A stretch of 64,000 nt of DNA from Nitrososphaerota archaeon (lineage in GTDB: Archaea > Thermoproteota > Nitrososphaeria_A > Caldarchaeales > Calditenuaceae): positions 960,001-1,024,000 of the forward strand of contig JBEPYO010000001.1 in assembly GCA_041641295.1 (NCBI GenBank), in the 5' to 3' direction. Both the position numbers and the translations under genes were made by a program. Positions 63,727-64,000 of the stretch are shown piece after piece (the stretch's first letter is position 1; each line of letters begins with the position of its first letter). The notes beneath the pieces are model-generated. The model saw only the letters and a program-made list of their open reading frames with translations. It was not told where the DNA came from and did no database searches.

Positions 63727-64000
63727 TCACTTAATCCTCCTAGCCCTAATGATCCAGAGTGATGCCCCAATCTTCTCTATCCCAAGATACTCTTGGCCGT
63801 TGTTTTTGATAGACTTGGGGACTGTCTCACAGGAAGGCGGGTTGTCTATCAGCACTTCTAGAACTGCTCCTGTCTCAATCTGGTTGAGTGCTTTCACCGT
63901 GTAGAGCTGTGGGTAGGGGCATGTATATCCACGGAGGTCTAGGCGGTATTTCTGGTCCTCAAGTTTTGTGAGGAGTGTTGGGGGTATCTGGATGTTCTGG
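63727..64000 (-). CDS. tusA: TusA/SirA family sulfur carrier (5'-truncated by window)
   Basis: LDLRGYTCPYPQLYTVKAL...LEVLIDNPPSCETVP. Confidence 0.88.
   Translation of the reverse strand, partial: QNIQIPPTLLTKLEDQKYRLDLRGYTCPYPQLYTVKALNQIETGAVLEVLIDNPPSCETVPKSIKNNGQEYLGIEKIGASLWIIRARRIK

Noticed and set aside
1-64000. CRISPR array, transposase/integrase, rRNA, SRP or RNase P RNA
   Set aside because: No regularly spaced direct repeats, recombinase motifs or recognisable large structured RNAs were seen by eye

Overview
Ordinary-looking core chromosome of a TACK archaeon. The most likely lineage is Aigarchaeota/Caldarchaeales (Nitrososphaeria), inferred from eS25, eS30, Alba, TFB, class I LysRS, archaeal FBP aldolase/phosphatase, DnaK/DnaJ and a thaumarchaeal-type NuoI. 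About 75 densely packed genes cover translation, chaperones, cofactor and nucleotide-sugar metabolism, scattered complex I subunits, metal transport and one tRNA-Val(CAC). No CRISPR array, transposase or rRNA was seen. Several genes are missing or truncated in the ORF track: a 44-aa Glu/Trp microprotein, a 20-aa Lys/Arg peptide, eS30, a TRASH/YHS Cu chaperone, a CPxCG zinc finger, a partial TusA, and a NusA-like gene that appears to start at CTG. The best leads are a TackOD1-domain protein coupled to a processive GT2 polysaccharide synthase, a NuoI with a ~135-aa inserted domain, the two charged microproteins, a motif shared by the TFB and AbrB-PhoU promoters, a cupredoxin lacking the axial Met, and a G1-peptidase-like surface protein. 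All family assignments come from motif recognition by eye, not from database searches.
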